In this document: in pieces, positions 58,513 through 64,000 of the stretch
How the letters are laid out: each line of letters starts with the position of its first letter
How positions within the stretch are numbered: position 1 is the first letter of the stretch
NCBI GenBank assembly: GCA_004764695.1
Contig: SMSO01000014.1
Coordinates: 3,529,648-3,593,647, forward strand
DNA: 64,000 bases
Source: Schizochytrium sp. TIO01
Taxonomy: Eukaryota; Protista; Bigyra: Labyrinthulomycetes
Reading direction: 5' to 3'
Translations under genes and position numbers: made by a program
The notes under the pieces: model-generated
What the model saw: the letters and a program-made list of their open reading frames with translations, nothing else
What the model was told of the DNA's origin: nothing
The model's database searches: none

Positions 58513-61246
58513 AAACAACAACAAACAAACAAACAGGGCGGAGTGTCTTTGTAGACTGGACTCTGATAATGATGGTGAGACGAACGGGCTTGAACTAGGA
58601 GACCCCTGTTGCGAGTGGAGATTCAACTCTGAACGTCAAATTTTGCCTCGCAGAACTCGGATGCTATCGAATCCTTCGGATTCCTCGTCAGTTACAAATT
58701 TTTCTTTAGAAGCTATAGACTGCTCAGCACCTTTCAGCCCCGGAGAAGGCGTTCTACGTGGCAGCAAAAATTGGGATAATCACTTTGATGAACAAACTGT
58801 TAGGAGTACTCAACCTTCTGATGGTATCAGCCGCTTATTGGAACTTGTTACAGTTGCTCTTTTTGTACGACTACTCACCCTTGCTGAGCAAAATTGGAGA
58901 GCTAAACAGCTTCAACGACAGCAAAGCCTTGGCAAATCCAAAAAACTTCAGTCAAACATTCCATTCTGGTTCATTGCTATTTTGGCCTATCTTTGGGGCG
59001 ATTTGGGTAGTGCAATATCGCATGTTGTGCTTGATAATCCTGAGATTATTCGTCGCTGGCCTCTGCTTAAAGACTGCGCCTCTTCATTTCAAGAGCACCA
59101 CATCAATCCAAAAGTTCTTTCAGCACCCCCATTGTACTTTTTGTTACCTATGATTGCATGTACACTTCGCGAGCCGCAGCTTTATATCTTCTCAATCTTA
59201 GCATGCTTCTTTTTTGTTTTCGCATACATAGGACACATGTATTCTCATGCCGCCCAAGGCTGGGACTTTTTTCTCTTCGATCTAATTCTTCTCTCACGGT
59301 CGCATCACCATGTTCATCACACCACGTTTGCAAGCAACTTCGCTTTTCTTTCTGGATGGACTGATCCGCTTGTAAATTCTATTCTGCTTATTCTTCCACA
59401 AGCTTACGCTGGAACTTGGCTTTTCGGCCTGGGAGGACTATGGAGCGTGTTGCCGAGGCTTGTTGCTTCATTTACAAGATCGGCTTGGTGGATCACACAG
59501 AAGAATCGTCTCGTGATTTATATCCCCTTCATCTTGTTGTTACTTACATATTTTGGGCAAATTCAGCAAAACCGCCATGACTATACAGTTGCAGCACTGA
59601 CATCAGCGGTCGGCCAGGAGGTGGCAACATTATCGGTGCAGGAGACATCTGAGCAGCTATCGTCAAGACTATATGATGACCTTTTGCAAGACACACTATC
59701 CGAAGATATGGGCCTTTCACCTGCTAAGCAGTATTCTGCCATAACGATTGCAGCACATAATCAAGCATCAGATGGATGGCTGGTCTTAGGACAGGATGTC
59801 TTAGATGTAACTGACTGGATCAAATTTCATCCAGGAGGTCAAGAAGTCATGCTTCCTTATTTAGGGTTCAATGCGACCCTTGTGTTCCTAGAGCAAGGTC
59901 ACTCTGATGTTGCTGAGGAGACGACTCGTTTATATAAAATAGGGCAAGTGGCACCAGGTGAAACTGTCCCAGAACCTGAAATTAAGATGGATGTACTTAC
60001 AGATGCGTCTGGTGATGCATTGGGCCTCAAGCGTCCTATATTTTTACAGCCCATACAGGGAGAACCGTGCTTTGGACCTCCCCATCAGCTTGCTGGTGTG
60101 CCTGGTGGTCGTTGGCATCTAGACACAGTAATCCCATTTCTGGAAAAGTATGCACGTGGACGTGGAAGTACATTCGGAATTGTTCATAGCTCTGAACTTG
60201 CTATGCGGCTTTCGATTGATCTAGCCCTGCTCACTCCAGACCTTTTGGAGTCAACCCCGAACAATGCCTTTTACATTCGCACAGGACTGCCTGGCACTTT
60301 GAATCCCACCCAGCTTTCAAGAGAGGCATGGAAATTTGAGTTACGTCGAAGTACCGATGAAGTCCTGCGTGTCTACACCGCCCAGGAAATCCATGAGGCT
60401 GGATCAGTGATGGGTACTGGTGTGATGGAGTGCTCTGGAAATACAAGAACTTGGCACTTTGGTTTGCTGTCACAGGCTCAGTGGACGCGAGGTGTTCGTT
60501 TGCGAGATTTTTTGAAACCCTATGTTGATAAAATGGGTGCAGCTGCATCCACAAAAGATATTCTTGTGGAGGGATATGATGACCACCTGCGAACTGCTGG
60601 AGGCACTAAAGGAGCAAGCTGGGTATTCACGTGGGAACAAGTTGTGGAGACAGGTATGTTTCTTGCGACAGAGCTCAATGGTCAGCCCCTCCCACCTGAC
60701 CATGGCTTCCCTATTCGCCTTGTTGTACCAAATTGGTATGGTTGTACATGTATTAAATGGTTAAGACTTATCAAATTTGTCGACTCTCATAGAGTAAAAC
60801 CAACGGGCCAGATGTTTGAGTTTCGCACAAGAGTTCATATGCAAAGTGCATCATCAACGACTGCATATGGGTGGCACGCAAAGCAAGGCTTATCTGCAAC
60901 CGCCACACGAGCTGAGTTATGGCGACACCTTCCTTCAAACTCAACTTATCTTAAATTTGTTGGATTATTTTGGGGTGGTCAAGCAGATGCAGTTAACCCG
61001 CTCATGGACATTGATTTGCAGTCTGCATCTAAGAGCCTACTTGAGCCTGTCCAAGTCATCAAACCACGTTCGAGAATAACTGAATGGTCTACTTTGTGTC
61101 ATGCAATCCCTCTCGATACAAAATTGTTAAAAGGAAGTAAATTTACTGTCACCTTCCGACCACGCGATTCCAACATCTTGGCCCCGCGGTTACGTTCAAA
61201 AACGAGGTCGACCCCGGCGTGGTACACAAGAATGTTTCAACTTTAG
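57979..61246 (+). CDS. Multidomain fusion: temptin-like + TMEM189/CarF-type lipid desaturase + cytochrome b5 + molybdopterin oxidoreductase (sulfite oxidase family); exons 57979-58229 and 58537-61246, 986 aa
   Basis: Exon 1 RIPNG..LGH..GGG..FGEDF..TW joins exon 2 AECLCRLDSDNDGETNGLELGDPCCEW (temptin consensus). His boxes SHVVLDN, FQEHH, HMYSH, HHHVHH, then NFAFLSGWTD. Cytochrome b5 motifs HPGG (59828) and GHS (59897). Moco domain TPNNAFYIR, ECSGN (Cys 60431) and NGQPLPPDHGFPIRLVVPNWYG..IKWL. Alternative ATG at 58012. Confidence 0.85.
58230..58536 (+). other. Predicted spliceosomal intron (307 nt, phase 2) splitting the temptin-like domain
   Basis: Donor GTACGT at 58230 and acceptor CAG ending at 58536. 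TG+G rebuilds the conserved Trp in frame and removes the poly-T/poly-N microsatellite translation. Confidence 0.85.
58464..58534. repeat. Compound (CAC)n(CAA)n(AAAC)n microsatellite inside the intron
   Basis: Direct reading. Confidence 0.9.
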
Positions 61247-61599
61247 TTTTTAATATGTATACTTTTCATGTGATGAACCTGGGGGAACGTGCATTTACTG
61301 AAGAACTTCCATACTGCATACAAAATTCTAAGGAATTCTGAAACAAACGAAGAAATATTACATTTTCTTTAATGTAACTTATCTTTCCACTGCATGCACG
61401 CATGCAGCAAGTAAATTAAGGAAACACATAAGTTTGTTTGATTTTTTTAATTATAAAGAGAAGAAAGTACTACTACTGTTAGTGAAGATGCTGCAGCGGC
61501 GGTATTCTTCTATTAAGTTTGAAGCAACGATGAGAAGACCAGCAAAGGACTTTGTAGTAGATAATGGTGTGATATAATATAAAAACCACGAGGTCGCGA

Positions 61600-61935
61600 T
61601 CAGCTTGAACTCTGCTTCTTCTTCTGTAAGTTGATGGACTCGCGTTTGAGCACGTTGAGAAGAGTTTGAGATGATTCGAGAATCTTCATGTAGGCAGCCT
61701 CGGTCTCCTGGATGGTGGTGTCGTATTCCTTGCGGGCCTGAACATGGCGTGCAAGTGACTCATTGACTTTGGACAGGCGGTCAGTCAAAATACTGAGATC
61801 CTTCTGGATCGCTGCTTTCTGCTCCTCGTCCTTAAGAATCTGACGGTTTACTTCTTCTCTCTTGCTGCGAAGATCCTCGATACATTTGACAAGCTCGTTG
61901 TTATAGTTTTGCAGCGAAGCACCCTGCTGCGCCAT
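61600..61935 (-). CDS. SSNA1: SSNA1/NA14/DIP13 microtubule and basal-body coiled-coil protein, 111 aa
   Basis: [22 protein letters not shown]...[23 protein letters not shown] is near-identical to the family consensus. Confidence 0.97.
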   Translation of the reverse strand: MAQQGASLQNYNNELVKCIEDLRSKREEVNRQILKDEEQKAAIQKDLSILTDRLSKVNESLARHVQARKEYDTTIQETEAAYMKILESSQTLLNVLKRESINLQKKKQSSS

Positions 61936-63679
61936 CTTTGCTGTTCCCTAATGTGCAAACGTTGTTATACCCTGTTATACCCCAGTTCAAAGAGAATTTG
62001 CCAACCTGTAAATTTGATTCATTCGCATGTTGTTATTGTTAAACAGCAATCAGTGTATGTTCACGTCGTTAGTGTTTCTTCTCTATCAAAATATCGTGCA
62101 CACGCTTGGGTAGAGCCATAGCACTTCCAGGCCATTGCTACGATCATCAAAGAGTTGTTTCCGCCATAAGTCAAACTCAACAGAGCTTTACTCACGAACC
62201 AATACCCGCAAAGTAAACCTGAGAAGGTCGAAACTCCTCCTCTTTGACAACTAAATGCCACTACAAACAACGAAGATGTGGTCTTCCTCCAGGCGTCCGT
62301 GCGGGCCCGTTACTCAGTGTAGCTGAGAGAAGCTAAAACTCACCTAAGCAGCTGGTAATGCTTCTACTTGTCGCTTTGAAGAGGCAAATCCTGCACGAGG
62401 CTTTGACGCGCCGTGCGCAAGAGATATAGTAGCTGTCGGAGACTGATTGAACTTTGCACGCCTTGAAAACCCGCCAAAAAAAGACAATGCAAAACTTACT
62501 ACTAAAGTATACCTTTTCAACCTTTAGTGGAACCACTCACGTACACACTGCATTTTTTTACCTCTCAATACACTACAAATAACTAGGAGGTAAAATTATT
62601 ATTGTACACCGATAATATATTAGTGGCGTGTGAGGGGAGTTCATGTCAGTCTTATGTGAGGTAATATTATAAATTTATGATATATATCCATATTAGTAAA
62701 TAATTAGTGTGTTGAGTGATACAGATGAAACCTTAGACAGAGGGAATACCATTTTGTCCGTTGGAGGTAGATAAAAGGTGAGAGAATGCGCGCGCTCATG
62801 GGTAGGGGAGAATAACGTGCGCAAAGTGCACTGCAAATAAGATAAAGAAAAAAAGAAATCGGAATTCGAAAGTTTATACATGTGGTACAGGGGGGTTCAT
62901 GTGCACTAAAGTGGCATGTCGATTAAGAATCAGATGAAAATGAAGTGACAAAAATAAAAAACCTCGGCATCAATGTCAATGGTGACTATAGTATCTATAG
63001 TATGGTCATTCCAGCTTGATTTAGAGGTGCTTAAAACGTATGTATCTTGATTAGTTAAAGTTTGATTCCTAATGAATTCCTGACTCCCACATAAGGGGCA
63101 GCGAATTCTTACAATAAAATATAGTGAAATGCGTAAATGTATGTGTGACCAGGCCGTGAGGGACCTATCAGTGTGAAATGCCAACAAACAAAAGCACCGG
63201 TTACATATATGGAAGATAAAAAAGCAATCGCGATCTCAAAACTAGTACCAAATTATAACCTTCCTTCCCACCAACTAGCAGAGCATTTAGTTTTGTGATT
63301 GTAAAGCAGCTGTATACTAATAGCCAAGTTAAGGCCCATCCTTGACTATTAGAAGGGCTTCAACTTAGCCAAATCAAGCAAAAGCCTTCGAGTAGAAACT
63401 AGTATTGCAGATATCCCCCGAGAGGCAAAGCTACACTTCTCTAGCTATGCAGTTGCGGCACCAAAAACAGACAGCACCAAATGCTTGTGCGAGTATATCT
63501 TGCTCGGAGCTTAGCAGCGCGTTGTTTGGTCTCTGAATAAGTATCACGTCTTTTGCAACCACTCCTTCATGAATATTATGAAGCAATACTTAATAGCTCA
63601 ATTAGACGGTACAACCATGCGTAGGTTTATTTATTTATACACTGGAATAATAAGTAATCTTGAAGAGGAACGTAATTGT

Positions 63680-63980
63680 CTAATCATCATCTTCGGCAAG
63701 TCTTTTGCGTTTGTTGGGGACTCGTTTTCGCCCTGTAGTAGTTCCAGATGAAGCACCCCCAGTTTTGCTACCCCGCTTAAAAGAAGGGCTTTGTGCGCGG
63801 TTGACGCCCATTTCTGTTGCAAGATCTTCTGGAGGAGAAGCGGACGAAAAAGAAAAGATACGTTCACTGGGCTTCAGCTTTCGCTCCTTCTTCGTCACGA
63901 GCGTCGCGCGAGGCTTGCTGTCAATATATCCTTCCCATCCGCGGACAACATTACCCGTGGTGCTCGTTTCCTCGAGATAC
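63680..63980 (-). CDS. EAF6: 3' exon of chromatin modification protein Eaf6/MEAF6 (NuA4 subunit); gene continues beyond the window
   Basis: YLEETSTTGNVVRGWEGY...RKLKPSERIFSFSS matches the Eaf6 consensus YLEdT..GNiirGw.gY...ERiFS.SS. Minus-strand CAG acceptor at 63981-63983; stop TAG at 63680-63682. Confidence 0.85.
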
Positions 63981-64000
63981 CTGTTGCCACAAACATAGAA

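Noticed and set aside
58427-58536. Poly-T/poly-N N-terminus of the 939-aa ORF
   Set aside because: It starts at TTG and lies within the predicted intron; the upstream exon supplies the conserved temptin half.
33198-61935. BBS7 and SSNA1 (or NEL and RING ligases) as functional gene clusters
   Set aside because: They are tens of kb apart with unrelated genes in between, so co-occurrence is unremarkable.

Overview
Eukaryotic nuclear DNA that is intron-poor and microsatellite-rich and carries flagellar/basal-body genes (BBS7, SSNA1). The style is consistent with a flagellated marine protist such as a labyrinthulomycete/thraustochytrid; this is an inference, not proven. About 14 protein-coding genes are supported. 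Housekeeping genes are BBS7, RPB4, glycine cleavage H (1 intron), SSNA1 and the 3' exon of EAF6. Also present are a family III CoA-transferase (1 intron), a DUF707 protein, a CS-domain co-chaperone, a membrane RING-H2 ligase and two orphan proteins. Three genes have unusual architectures. (1) 57979-61246 (+): a two-exon gene, split across two ORFs in the ORF track, fusing a temptin-like domain, a CarF/TMEM189-type His-box lipid desaturase, cytochrome b5 and a sulfite-oxidase-family molybdopterin domain; it is a candidate self-contained Mo-to-heme-to-diiron electron chain. (2) 10691-13891 (-): an intronless LRR + NEL (IpaH/SspH bacterial-effector-type) E3 ubiquitin ligase with an intact CxD motif, plus possible SAM-like and U-box-like additions. 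(3) 51757-54348 (-): a type II membrane-anchored prokaryotic-type UDP-galactopyranose mutase fused to a DUF3431-like domain. No rRNA, tRNA, CRISPR or intact mobile element was recognised. All family assignments come from motif recognition by eye; no searches were run.
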